Assembly: GCF_028641065.1 (NCBI RefSeq)
Contig: NC_073409.1
Location: forward strand, 12,214,001 to 12,278,000
DNA: 64,000 nucleotides
Direction of reading: 5' to 3'
From: Leucoraja erinacea
Lineage: Eukaryota
This document shows positions 38,288-51,504 of the stretch, one piece after another. A program made the position numbers and the translations under genes. Within the stretch, counting starts at the first letter, position 1, and each line of letters begins with the position of its first letter. The notes beneath the pieces are model-generated. The model was not told the DNA's origin. It searched no databases and worked only from the letters and a program-made list of their open reading frames with translations.

Positions 38288-39307
38288 GTAAAACACACTT
38301 CCTTCCTGTTCTAGCAGGCGCCTTCCCGCTGACCTGAAGGCCGGATTGGTGGTTTGTTTCCCCCTTTCTATCACATTGAGGCTTCCCAGTGAGGGGCAGA
38401 TGGCACTAGTAACTACACCCTACACCCACAATGTGTCTGTGTACCTGGCCCGTGTGGGGATGAACAGTCGGAGTGCAGACCCTCGCATACACTGGTTGTT
38501 CACTGTGTGTATATCTACATTGGTAGGAGTTTCCCTGTCGTGCCTGGCTCCATGCGGCATGTGTAAACGCTCATCCTTGTACACACCCGAGACACACACA
38601 CACCTGGGAAAGTACCTTTGTGCCTGAGCTCTTGCATGGTCTGCCTTTATCATGTGAATACTCTCCCATTTTAGTGGCACAGCTCAAATTTTCTCCCAAA
38701 GCACCAATTTTCTCCTCTCTATTTGCAAGCTCCAGCTCCTAAACCTGGGTGAATTAATTATTTCTTGTCAGATTCATACAGCATGGAACAGGCCAGTCAG
38801 ACCACCATGATGATCAGTGGGTACCCATACATGTTAATCGTGTCTTCCAGCACTTGATCTGTATCCGTATAGCCTTTGGCACTTAGTTCTCATCCAGACG
38901 CTTCTTAAATGCTTCTTGATGTGAACGATGTCAATGGCTCTGCTTGATGTCAGAAGTAAATGTCAGTAGCTCTGCTTCCAACACTCTCTGTGGCAGAGTA
39001 TCCAAGACTGAATTCTACAATTTCTGATAACCAGCTTCTGTTTGAACTGGCAAGTTCTGTTGAAAAGTCATCCACTTTCTCAGTTCACTCTCTTTCTTTG
39101 TTTATAACAGATGCTGCCTGACCTACACCTATTTCTATGATTTTCTGTTCTTCACTCCCACAGACAGTGTTTAGGGTGAATAAAAAAAGTGTTTAATGCT
39201 TGGGAGGGGAGTAGATGGAGACGGTGATGGAGATCAGAGGAGCTGACTCCTGGAGGCTGTTCGAATGTGATGTCTTGATTTGAAAAGAAGAGGCTAATAC
39301 TAAGTGA

Positions 39308-39592
<285 letters not shown>

Positions 39593-40170
39593 TGACTTCC
39601 TTTTTCCCCCATATCCCCTAATTCCAATGGTTATCAAAAATCTATCCATTTATGAAATTTGAAATTTTTGTTTTACCAGAATTAATTACATTAGAGCTCC
39701 GCAATTCTCCCTCACTCAACGGCTAGGTTTTCCTAATGTGTTGGCCATGAGGTCGAGCTTCTCCAAACAATTTACCATTTGGTTCCCCGATCTCTTGAAC
39801 CCCACCTCGGTTGCAGGGAATCCTGGCCTAGTTTTTGCAACCCCCTCTATCCCCAGACTCAGCATTATTCAGGCCACCATGTCCACGACTGTGGGCTCTG
39901 ACCACCACTCAGTTGCTGTAGAATAAGAACATCTATTCCTGTCCTCTGCATTGAAAGCCCCACATTCCATGTTTAGCTTCATTCCCAAAACAGAAACATG
40001 AATTTTTAACTGAACCACTTGGGAACAGGATTTAATTGTCTTGGACTGAAGATGGTCTAGAGGAATATCTGTGATCACATTCTGTTGTTGACCCTGCAAA
40101 CACCATGACAATAAGATAACCAAGCAGTTTTGTTCACTCTGACTGGTTATCGCGTTTCATTTGCTGCTAG

Positions 40171-40248
40171 GATGGTGGATCATTGGATCAAGTGCTAAAA
40201 AAGGCTGGAAGAATTACAGAAGAAGTCCTGGGCAAAGTGAGCATAGCT
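40171..40248 (+). CDS. MAP2K1: MAP2K1 exon 4, 78 nt
   Basis: [26 protein letters not shown]; CTAG / GTAAG. Confidence 0.97.
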
Positions 40249-41042
40249 GTAAGTATAACACAATCAGTACAGGAGCGTACTGTTCCAGAAATAGTGATTT
40301 TTCAAACTCCAGGAAGGACAATCTGCCATCCCATGATTGGATTACTCCCCGCTGCCGCACTCTATCAATATGTGAATTATTAGTGGTAGACGTGATGCTA
40401 CAATCCACTGCTCTATAGAAAATGCTTTGTTACCTGTGTTACCTAACTAGAATCCGCGTTGTGATATTCCACCTCGGCACCATTTCCCCACATCCCTGGA
40501 ATTCCTTAACACCAAAATCTACCCATCTCCATCTTAAAAATACTCAGTGGCCAAACATCCATTCATTTGTATCCTCTGGGTGAAGGAATTTCATCTCGTC
40601 TCTCCCCTGACTGGCCAACCCCTTATTTTGAGACCGCAGTCCCTGGTTTTAGGTGTCGACCCCCCTGGAGGAAACCCACGTGGTCACAGTAAAAACGTGT
40701 CAACTCCACACAATTTAGCAGCAGAGGTTGTGACAAGCTGGGTGGCTTTGAGGCGATGGCTCTGCCCGCTGAGCTGCATTGTGTTAGCAGGCATTCCACC
40801 TTTATAAACACTCAGACCAAGGCAGGGATACACTCCCCTGGAAGCCACTGTTGTGTCTGCCTTTGCGACCTAAAGGCAGACACGAGTCTATTGATTGTAC
40901 AGATATGTCCAGGGAATCCTGGCAACAGGAGCCAGGTCAGGTTTAGCGTCTGCTCTCCTGCTCACTGGTGATGGGCGCTGGGCCACCATGAGCTGGTCTC
41001 CCTGACGGAAGCACAGACACTTGCAACGTGTAAATGATTAAT

Positions 41043-41222
41043 GCGTTGGAATGAACTGCGGGTGCTGGTTTACATCGAAGATAGACACAAAATGCTGGAG
41101 TAACTCAGCGGGACGGGCAGCATCCCTGGATAGAAGAAATGGGTGATTTTTTTCAGGTTGAGACCCTTCTTCAGACCTTATCCAGAGATGCTGCCTATCC
41201 CACTGAGTTGCTCCAGCATTTT
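41043..41222. mobile_element. Fold-back Penelope-derived insert with minus-strand hammerhead-like core
   Basis: Inverted arms; the - strand reads GTCTGAAGAAGGGTCTCAACCTGAAA; flanks GTGTAAATGATTAAT (41028) and GTGCAAATGGTTAAT (41223). Confidence 0.7.
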
Positions 41223-41301
41223 GTGCAAATGGTTAATATAGTCTCGATTAGAGGGGCTCTGAACTGTTGGAATGCTTTTAACCAAACTATGATCCTTACA
41301 G

Positions 41302-41353
41302 GTTAATAAGGGACTGGCCTACCTGCGGGAGAAGCACAAGATTATGCACCGAG
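41302..41353 (+). CDS. MAP2K1: MAP2K1 exon 5, 52 nt
   Basis: VNKGLAYLREKHKIMHR(D); TACAG / GTACG. Confidence 0.96.
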
Positions 41354-42074
41354 GTACGGTAACAATCTATTAAACATTGTTCCCAGTGAGGAGCTTTTCC
41401 ATGTAAAATGCCTGGGCTACAGGGTTGTTGGATACGTTATAAGGACCAAGGCACTGCTAGAATTGACCCTGACTCTTTCGTAATGGGAGTATTGTAGACC
41501 CTGATTACCAAACGGCTCTGGCATTGCTGGAGGATGTTTAATGCCAATGGTTATGTTGCTAGTTACACACTAACAATATCACTTTGTCTAATGGCATCTT
41601 TGATATAGTAAAAGCTATCTAGGCGCATTAGATGATCAAACCTCTCCAGCCTAAAGGAGTTCAAGAGGCAGATGACCAGAAACCTGCTTGTGGTGATGGG
41701 TTTTAAGGAGGTGGGAAGAATGTGATATGACACTGAGGACAAGGCCAGGTTTAATTGCCCATCATTAGTTGCCCTTCAGAAGCCGACAGTGAGCTGTGAC
41801 CCGGAGGGATTCCAGGTGTGTGGGTGACCCAATTCAATTTTCTGCCACACAGCACCAACATCTCCCAGCACATGGTCCACCTGTAACCAGAGGTGAAGCT
41901 CAGTGGCATGCTATACCAGGATGCAAGTGTGCTAGATAATTGAATTATACAGCAGGGAACAGGGATGCTCTCGATATTCGCATGAGCTATTTTATTTTAG
42001 GACCATTGCATAATCGAGGAGCTGAACTGAGCATCTCGCTCCAGCTGACAGCGAGTCAATTGCCAAAGTTTCAT

Positions 42075-42239
42075 GCTCCGTAGATAAAAAATACCCTTTA
42101 ATAAAGTCTGACAATGTGACACTTTAATCACATGTGATTTTTTTTTTTTTTCTATTACGAATCTCAAATTGCAGAGCACAGAGGCAAATAAATAAAGAAA
42201 TAAATGACAGGTCTGTCCCAAACATTATGGAGGGCACTG
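42075..42239. mobile_element. Solo end of a second Tc1-like element
   Basis: Ends TGTCCCAAACATTATGGAGGGCACTG then TA, i.e. TA-CAGTGCCCTCC on the - strand. Confidence 0.6.
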
Positions 42240-42441
42240 TATATCTCTGCTTTTACTCGTAATACTCCCTCAATCGCTGTTCCCTCATTCCCCAATCCCA
42301 ACTAATCCAGCCATTGCCGCCATAAATCTGTGCCATTCTCTGACTTAATATAATGTTGCATTTTATTTTCCCGTTTCTACTCCTTTTCCATGGTAAAATT
42401 TATAATTAATTAATAATATGAAAGCCAATAATGCACCATAG

Positions 42442-42618
<177 letters not shown>

Positions 42619-43511
42619 TGATTCATGCCAGGATTATTTGCTTTTGTGAATCTGAAGCTATAAACAGAATTCAGAGACTAGAAAACATTGCCGCCGGATG
42701 TTTCTCCACTGGGAGTTCGGGATTTGCTGAGTCAGTGATGGACGTTTATCTGCTGCCCTGAAATTTAAAAAAAAAAACTCCATCTTCCAAGGGACTGAGC
42801 ACCGAGAGTTGCTCCTAGCCAAGGGCTGCTTTGTCCTTTATAACGACAAGCTTCTTGCTTGTTACAGCACAGAAGGATTCTATGCTGCCTCCAAACAGAG
42901 CAATCCCATCAGAATCATTCCTCATCTCATTAGTTCCCTGTAGCCTTGCACCTTGTCACCCTCACATGCCCATCTACTCCTCTTTGATACTTTCGGCACA
43001 TACCTATGCAAATGGGTAACTAGAGACCACCAATTAACCTACCAATATATCATTAACCTAATGATGAATGTTAACTTGACAGCTGCACCTGACATTCTGA
43101 ACATCATGGGATATGTCACAGAGTGAAGGCACGGGCTGAGTCTGTGCCAAAGGAACTTGCTTTTGGCCCCAAACCTCTTCATTACCCAACTTGTCTCCTG
43201 TTCAAGTGTTTATTGATAATGAATAATCTTGCATCATCATCATCGAGGGCAGGAGCATGCAGAGCAATAAACTTCCCACACAGGTCTCCACGGGTAATCT
43301 AGCTGTGTGCTCCCCTGAACCTGGCTCTCAATGCTGCTGTTGGACATGTGGGAAGAAAATGTCAAATGGCTAAAATCTGGCGAATTATAGTGTTGGAACG
43401 ATGGGCACATTTTTGCCTTGATTGTGTTGGCTTTGGAATGGGTATCCGGGTGGGTGGGTATGCGTTGGACAGGGAAGCTAATCTCTGGGCCACCTTCTGT
43501 TTGTTTCCCAG

Positions 43512-43713
43512 CCGGAACGACTCCAGGGAACACACTATTCCGTTCAGTCTGACATCTGGAGTATGGGCCTCTCCCTGGTGGAGATGGCCATCGGCAGATA
43601 TCCAATTCCTCCACCTGATGCTAAGGAGCTTGGACATATCTTTGGCTGCCACATGGGTGAAGACTCGACATTCTCCGAGCAGAGCAGTCGACCACCTGGG
43701 CGTGCCGGGAGCT
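43512..43713 (+). CDS. MAP2K1: MAP2K1 exon 7, 202 nt
   Basis: [67 protein letters not shown]; CCCAG / GTGAG. Confidence 0.96.
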
Positions 43714-43973
43714 GTGAGTTTGGAACGTGTCCTTGTATCCGATCATCTACGGAGGTCCTGCGATCGCGAGGGCTGGGGAATTGGCTGTTGGGTGTGGGGG
43801 ATGTGGGGGAATATTGTATGCTTGCATCCCAGGTATTGATTTTGGAGAGTCTATACTTTTGTGTGCCTATGGTGTAGGGGTCGTGAGATTGGTGCGGATA
43901 CTGTGTGTCCGTATCATTAGGAATGGGGGATCTGGGAATAAACTGTATCATTGGGCTGCTTGAGTCTGGGAAT

Positions 43974-44388
43974 ATGGAAACAAGGAATTGCAGATGCTAG
44001 TTTACAAAAAAAGTGCTGGTGTAACTCGGTGGGTCAGGCAGCATCTCTGGTGAACATGGATGAGTGAAATTTTGGGTCAAGTCCCTTCTGACTTATTGTC
44101 CGGGAAGGAAAGAAAGATGGACAAGAGGATGGACAGGACATGGCCTGGCAGGTAATGGGTTGATTAATAGTTATGGGGACATCAATGAGGCCATCTCTGG
44201 CCTTTGAACAAGCATCTGACTATCAGAAAACCCACCTCACCTGTATCGATCTACTACTTGTCAAGCTCTGTTCTTCCCCTCCTCTCTTCCAGCTTTCATT
44301 CCCTCCACTACAATCGGTCTGAAGAAGGGTTCCAACACGAAATGTTGCCTGACCCATTGAGTTACTCCAGCACTTTGTGTCATTTTGT
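43974..44388. mobile_element. Inverted-arm Penelope-derived insert with hammerhead-like cores on both strands
   Basis: GGTCTGAAGAAGGGTTCCAACACGAAATGTT at ~44317; opposite arm at 43980-44090; flanked by GTCTGGGAAT (43964, 44389). Confidence 0.65.
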
Positions 44389-44504
44389 GTCTGGGAATCC
44401 AGTGTGCATGTATTGTTGGGATAATTTAGCCAGTTGTTGGGGAAGTTTGGGACTTGGTGTCCACACCCTCTCAGTGCCCTTGAACCGATCCCTTCTTCTT
44501 GCAG

Positions 44505-44569
44505 CCTTTGGTCTGGACAGTCGACCTCCGATGGCGATATTTGAACTGTTGGATTACATCGTGAATGAG
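44505..44569 (+). CDS. MAP2K1: MAP2K1 exon 8, 65 nt
   Basis: (S)FGLDSRPPMAIFELLDYIVNE; TGCAG / GTCAG. Confidence 0.97.
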
Positions 44570-45800
44570 GTCAGTATCAATCTCGGACGCCCAGCTCAGC
44601 AACGGTTCCCGGACCCCCACCCTGCTTCACAGTGAATGTAGGATGTAGGCAAATCACGGCAGGAGTAGTGACGCAGGTGTAGCCCTGATCAGAGGGCCTC
44701 GACCTGACACATTCATGCTGACGGTTTCCAGAAATGCCTTTGTTGTGGTCTGGGTGGGGTGGGAGGGTTGGAGAAGGAGAGGAGCAGGGAGAGGGAATGG
44801 CATCCCTTAATACAAAGTTATGTCATCTGCACATGGATCGGGAAAGGTGAGTTAAAAAAAAAAAGTATTCCATTTATTTATTTCATTTTTTCTCATAAAA
44901 TCTGTGCGTGAATTCTATTCCATATCTCACATTTTTTAGGGAGATTAATGAATTTTGTAAGCGTGGATTTCTGTTGCCCAAATATTGGAAAACGAAGGTG
45001 GGAGGGGGGGGTTATCTCTACTTCAATTTCCAGCACCTGCTTCTCCTCCAAGGGTCAATTGTTAACCCACTGTAATCCCTGGCTGTCATTTCTATCTGAG
45101 CTCTGACCTTGCCTCTGGTGAGCTCTGCTCTGCTGGGACCATAGGAATCAATAGGGTTAAGAAATTCCACCGTCCTTCCAATTCAGCGTCCACCCATCTG
45201 GTGGCTGCTGCATACAAATGCAATGAAGTTGCTGACTTATAACAATCGATCAAAGAAAGATCATACACTTCGCAGTGGTGCTGGTCTGAGATCTATTCAG
45301 CTTCCTGTGTTCACAGGAGTGGGTTAATCCCTGCCTTTGAACAGGACTGGATGAGGCATCAATTTTAACCATTAAACAATGTCTATTTTTTATCTTAGCC
45401 ATTCCAAATTTAGAGCAAAGGCAGATGAATGGGGTTGAATATAGATCCGATCACATGTAATGTAAATAAACAGTGAAACAAGCTCTTAGCATTTCCATTT
45501 CCTCTGCTGCTGGCAGTGTGGTCAGATAGGCAAGGCATTCCCCCCCAATGTATATGGGTAAATAATGCAGCTAAGTCTACTGAGGTTTTGTTAAGGTAGG
45601 TTGGAAGGAGGTAGTGATTCAGGTAGAGCGACTCAGTAAATAATGCAAAAAGATTTTAATACATCATGTAAAAATGCTCTAATCTGCACCTCCTGCCTTC
45701 ACAACATCCAGACTGTTGCAGCTGCCAGCTGTTTTATTGTCTTGCTGTTGCTTCCCATGGGATTGACATGTTTTTACTTATTTGTTAATCCTCTTTGCAG

Positions 45801-45862
45801 CCGCCACCTAAATTGCCATCTGGAGTTTTCAGTGACGAATTCCAGGATTTTGTGAACATTTG
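45801..45862 (+). CDS. MAP2K1: MAP2K1 exon 9, 62 nt
   Basis: PPPKLPSGVFSDEFQDFVNI(C); TTGCAG / GTGAG. Confidence 0.97.
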
Positions 45863-46766
45863 GTGAGTTTGATAATGATTAAATGTTCAGGTTGTGGGGT
45901 GCAGTGCACAGGAGGAGCCCACAGCTGCATGAGGGAGGAAACCAGGTGCATATTCCCACTCCTGGCCATGTTTAAGGGCTGCCCTTCAGAATGGTAATCA
46001 GGACAAGCTTCATGTAGAGGCAAACTCCACCACCTTCTGTGATGGGGGCCAAGTCACTCACTATATTCAAGGAGGAGGTAGATCTATTTTGTAATGCAAA
46101 AGAGAGCAAGGGAGATGGAGGGGAAGCAGGAACAGTGGAATGAGGTGAATATATCCCCCTTCCCCTCACAACTCTAGCCACCAATCCACCCATCATCACT
46201 CGGACTCGGTTCTTGTGTGGAAGATCTCGCTCCTCCCCCTCCCCCTTCTTTGTATATTGGCCATCCTGCCCTCCACCTTTTCAGTCCAAAGCGTCTTGAA
46301 ATGTCGTTGATCCATTTCCCTCCACAGATCCTGCCTGACCTGCTGTGTTTCTCAAGCAATTTGTTTTTTGCTCCAGACTCTAGCATCTGCAGACTTTTGT
46401 TTCCCCATTAATCAGCTCCTTTGGCAAAAAGACTTGCTGCCTTTCAAGTATCTCCAGTTCTTCTTTCCTCCCTCTGTGCTCGTAGGTGAAGAGTTCATGC
46501 CTGGCTCACATGCTTGTATCGGATAGAAGAGCCATCTCAAAGCCAGCATGTGAGCTGGGAATGAGTATCAGGTAACTAGATCACTGGGGGCATATTTCCC
46601 CACCCCCCCCGAAGATGCCCTCAGTGTGCTGCTCTCACTGCCGTGTTATGGAGAGAGCAGGATACCATGGAAATAACCCATTATTCCAATATCTCCTTTT
46701 AAAATGAACTGTGGGCGGAGATCTATTGCTAATTGCAGTCAAATATTGCTTTGTTTATTTTATCAG

Positions 46767-46812
46767 CTTGATAAAGAATCCTGCTGAGAGAGCAGACTTG
46801 AAGCAGCTTATG
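46767..46812 (+). CDS. MAP2K1: MAP2K1 exon 10, 46 nt
   Basis: LIKNPAERADLKQLM; TATCAG / GTGAG. Confidence 0.97.
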
Positions 46813-47633
46813 GTGAGTGACCCTTGATGTTGATTGATTTAATTATTTTCCTTTTGTAGTAAGTATTAATGCAACCTGTTATTATTGCATAAATATTTTA
46901 TGAATATACTGAAGTTCCTACAATTCCTTGAGTGTTTAAGAGCAAAGCCTTGGAATGGGAACTGTGAATTAATAATTTACTCTCCTACTTTGGCTGGATT
47001 GCCATTATTGCACCTTGTATCTTTGCACATTTCCATATACCAGATTGGGGAGGGAACGGATTAAGGGCTTTCAGTTCTAAACATCCAAACCTTTGCAGGG
47101 AAAGTCTCCTCCGGTGAGATCAAAGGTTCTGCTGATCTATATACAAATGGAGACGACCTAGGAATTTGAAAGTGGATGAGAAAGTAGTTTTCACTGCAAG
47201 AAGTAAACAACTAGAGGGTTTTATGGTAACTAGCAAAAACATAACGAGATCTGCCATGATCTGGTCCTCGCTAGGTGAAACTTGGCAGAAACTGGTTCTG
47301 TCGTACCATTGAATAGAAAATTGTTTTCAAATTTGGAAATGCTAGTGCAAAGGCACAAGACTAATGGACATTTGTCAAAAAGCCAGCAGAGGCTCATTGG
47401 GTGAATGCTTTCCCTCTGATTACTTGATTCAGTAATTTGGGATGTGGGTTTATGGTTCTATTGTCCATTTAATTGCCAGAGAAGGTATGGCAGCAACACT
47501 TTGACATTGAGAGTCTGCTAGCTTTTTACCTCGGTGGCAATGAGGAGATTTTGATTATTCTTAGTTGGGCTGAAATGTTCTCTTCTGAATTATTAATCTT
47601 TTCCCTTGACAATCATCTCACATTTTATGACAG

Positions 47634-47747
47634 GCTCATTCCTTCATCAAGCGATCGGAGGCGGAAAAGGTGGATTTTGCAGGCTGGCTGTGTACAACAA
47701 TCGGCTTGAAGCAGCCAAGCACTCCCACGCACACTCCCACAGTCTAA
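47634..47747 (+). CDS. MAP2K1: MAP2K1 exon 11 (last coding exon), 114 nt
   Basis: [37 protein letters not shown]; GACAG acceptor, TAA stop. Confidence 0.97.
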   Translation, partial: AHSFIKRSEAEKVDFAGWLCTTIGLKQPSTPTHTPTV

Positions 47748-50280
47748 ATCACTTGTGCCGCTAAACCACTGTTGTCTTTGTGCAGCAAACTGATGGATGT
47801 TTCTGCTGATGTTACCTCATCAATAACCCTTTATCCCATTATATATTTAAAGAGATGTATTTACATTTTTAAAGGAATGATGTCTGTTAAAATTTAACTG
47901 CCCTTCTTAAATTTTAGTATTTGCTAATGGGTATAGATAGCAAGTTGGTCTTATTTTGGGGTCAGTGCCATGAGGGAATGAGTTGAGGGAAGCTGACTTT
48001 TTAAAGGGATGGTACTAAACTATTGCACACAAATTTTGTGGATAATTATGGAAACGCCTTGCTACTTGCAGACCCATAACTCGTCATTTTAAAGAGAGGG
48101 TCTGCTGGTCCCTAGGTGGCACTTGTAGAACGCTCTGAATACTTACTAATATATACACTGCACTACATGTAGAGAAACTGGAATCTCGAGTTCAGTGACA
48201 CATTCTAATTTATTTCCACTGCAAGCCTCAACATGTTCCCAAAGGTGTGGCAGGTTATCTGCTCACTAGTGTAACTCTAAAAACAGGAGATGGATGGGTG
48301 GAGGGAACTGAAATTAGAATTCTTATCTCAACATTTGCTTCAAATCAGCCAGACTGACTATAAGCTTAGGAATTCCATGAGAGCCTGTTACTAAGAGGGT
48401 TGAATTGAGCTGCAATTCCTCCACACTTGCCTTTTGGGATTTCAGTACAAACTGGGGAGGTGGAGGAGTGTGATAGTACTGCAGCATTTGAGACCAAATG
48501 GTGCACCCAACCTCTAGCAGTTCAGTGGCTTTCCTGCAAAGGTAGGATTTCTGCCTGACAGCTTAAGGCATGATAGCTCGTCTGATTCTTTAGCAAAAGG
48601 AATTGATCCAAAGCTTGCACACATGCTCGAGAAAAGCCCAGTTCAGAGGGGCAATTACATGCTCTTGCTACATGCTCTTGCTGCTGTCTTCCTTTCTCTC
48701 ATTGTGGGGTCAATTAGATTATTCTGTTCAAGATGAAGCCTGGCCCAATTATTGCTACAATGCCCTAAAGGTACTTTAGACAAACTCGATCACAGCAAAG
48801 GACAGCAGCAAAACAGTGCAAAAGGCAAAACATTCTGGACTGAGACAATGTCGGAAATACTTGTGACCAGCACTGGGAGGTATGTACCAAATTTTAAGCA
48901 CGTGCAGTGTTAAAAGGATGAGAAAGGAATTATGGCACAGTGCATGAATGAGATAATTATGTTTGAGTGAATTTAGTGGACCATAAATGGCAGTAATTGA
49001 ATCCATAACAATAACTAAGGCCAGAAACTGATAATTTATTGAGTACAGAAGGCTGTAGGATTCTATCAAAACATACAAATGTTTTCCTTGAGTTTATTAA
49101 CATATAAGAGGCAATGATTAGAATTAATGGATGGCACTGCCTGCTGTACCACGTTGGAATAAGGAAGAGATGGGCTCAGTCACTTTTACATTTGGTCAAA
49201 GGCACTAAGTTTTGGGTAAGTTTTCTTTGGCATAACCTGCTGTGTGCCTCAAGTTATGTACCTATGCAGTGAATTTTGTACTTGAGCTGGATTATAAAAT
49301 CGAAGAACATTGATTTCCATTCCCACAGTTCCTCCAGCTGTGTTTTTGCTCATTAATTTCTCAGTTGAGTTAAAGCCAGAGATTAATCTTTCTAGCACAG
49401 CCCCTATTTCCATCGCTCCAAGTTGTTCAATTACCCCCCACAACAGATTCATATAATTTTACTACATTATGGAATGTAGTTACACGGGCTTGCATTATCA
49501 ATTGAGTATCACATGAAGTAATTTCAATAAAATTGGCTGTGCTTGAGGGCAAACTTTTGATTAGTCTGGATTGACAGTTAAAACTGACTTAAACGCTGTC
49601 AGTTTTACATTCATAGAATACTGTTCTCACCAATGACATCTAAAGTGTACGAACCGTGGAGCAAATAGGATCTCTATGTGAATTTCAAAGTCATTAGTAC
49701 TTTAACCAATTAACAATCATTAATTTGTAAAGCAAAAACATTGAAGTAGAAATGTACATTCCTATTTGTAGTCGGTGAGCAGATATCTTGTACATTGATT
49801 AATTCAGCTGCTATAGCCATAAGATGGCCATCCTTCACTCAATAGCTATAGGTTCTTGCCCAGTTGTTTATCAGGTGCACAACTAGCCCCCAGTGGTGTA
49901 AATGTGCATGGGTAAAGTAATGCTCCAGATTAATATTCCATCTTTATTTTGATATTGGCATTAGGAAGCAAGTGCATTTGGTACAACTCAACTGCTCTAC
50001 ATTGCTGAGGCCCCTGCCACTCCTTTGCTATGAATCTTAATGTATTTAAGTGCTTTAGTACTGATGTTGAAAAAAAAAATCAGTATAACACATTGGAAGC
50101 TCTCTGGGGATCAAATGTGCAGTACATTAAATCAGACTATCTTTCTTTTAGACCACGTGTAATCAGTGAGAAAATATTGACTGCTAAAATGGTGTGAATC
50201 AAGTGTGCAATTCAAACCCTCAACCTGTGTTCTTGCTAAAGTTTTCACCATTAAAGTCTATTGTTGCAATTAAGTGTTCT
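47748..50280 (+). other. MAP2K1: Probable MAP2K1 3' UTR with alternative poly(A) signals
   Basis: No recognisable repeats; AATAAA at 47822 and 49526, ATTAAA at 50250 followed by a GU-rich tract. The true 3' end is not determinable. Confidence 0.4.
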
Positions 50281-51398
50281 TAGTATTTTTACATTTCTTT
50301 CCATATCTAGATGTTGCTGCTTTTGAAAGCTAATTTGGGAAAACAAAATTTTCTAGGTTTGTTGATAGGTTGCTGATCCAAAATATTTGCTAACTCATTC
50401 CAGAATTGTGAATTTTCAGTGTCTGCTTTATTTTCCTGTGTCAACTAAAATACACAGTGGAGGTTTTGTTACAGTATGAGATTACCCCTAGTGGACACGC
50501 TTCAAAGAAATTCAATAATGTGTAAATACCCCACAAGTTCATAGGAATTTCTGGCCTCAACAACTCAAAATGGAGAAAGCAAATCAGTGTGGTGTTAATG
50601 AAATAGGAAAACCTGGCTCCACATTTATCACCATTAAATATCATGGCCACTACCTCATGCTGCAACTTTCCTTTAAAAAAAGTTATGTAGTGTCACTGGA
50701 GAACATGGATTGATGATGTTTTAGGTTGGGACCTTTCAGTAAACAGTGATTTATTTTTTGTGAAATGGGCACTGGAGGGAAGAAAGCCAGATGAGAGGAG
50801 GGACAAAACAAAGCCTGGCATGTAATGGGGATGTGCTTGATAAGCAGATGGTTAGAAAAAGACCAGAGATTGAAAGACAATGAAACAAATCAATCAGGAT
50901 GTGAAAATCTCAATTTTTCTGTGCCAGTTCCCATTACCATTAAGTCCCTGTTATTTTGAATACGTTATCCATCTTCTAAATACCTCCATCGATAGTTTCC
51001 GCAACCCACCTGGGTAGGTAATGCCAGATTCACCACCTGCTGTAGAAAAATTGTTTTAAATGACTACCCCCTGGTATCCATTTGTTTTAAGAATGTATGC
51101 CGGCAACACTAGAGGGGGCAATATGCAAACTAATTTTAAAATATCCTACACTCAAATTGTTTGGCTACAAATACATTACAACTTTGGTTTACATCCACAT
51201 GGTGCAGAATTATCAAGCATTGTCTTCCTGCGCCCCCCCCCCCCCCCCCCCCCCATGTGAAATTCTGAATTTTCACTAGTGCTGTTGAGTAAAATGAGGA
51301 TAGATTTATTAAATACTCCAAGTGCAGAGCAAAACTTTATGTCGTGTGTAAACAAGATTAATTAAACAGGACAATGCAGAAAATCATTTTTAAATAGA

Positions 51399-51404
51399 TT
51401 TATT
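51399..51404 (-). terminator. RPL4: RPL4 polyadenylation signal AATAAA
   Basis: About 60 nt after the stop codon; a second AATAAA lies at 51305-51310. Confidence 0.75.
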
Positions 51405-51462
51405 TTGATGGATACCATACAGTGATGTAAGAACGCATGCCTGTAAATCGGAGGATTTGCAT

Positions 51463-51504
51463 TTATGCTGCTGCCTTTTGCTTCTTCTCCAGCTTGACAT
51501 TGCG
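51463..51504 (-). CDS. RPL4: RPL4 exon 10 (last), 42 nt: RNVKLEKKQKAAA*
   Basis: Strong acceptor TTTCCATTTCTTTCAG, phase 0 matching exon 9, Lys/Ala-rich, poly(A) signal downstream. Confidence 0.8.
   Translation of the reverse strand, partial: RNVKLEKKQKAAA

Noticed and set aside
43240-43951. Antisense ORFs (96-135 aa) overlapping MAP2K1 exon 7
   Set aside because: Shadow frames of a real exon plus G-rich intron, with no independent support.
50140-50260. Minus-strand CAG|GTTGAG as a possible SNAPC5 exon 2 start
   Set aside because: Translation diverges at once (VEGL..) from VEELALQSM, and no matching exon 1 was found.
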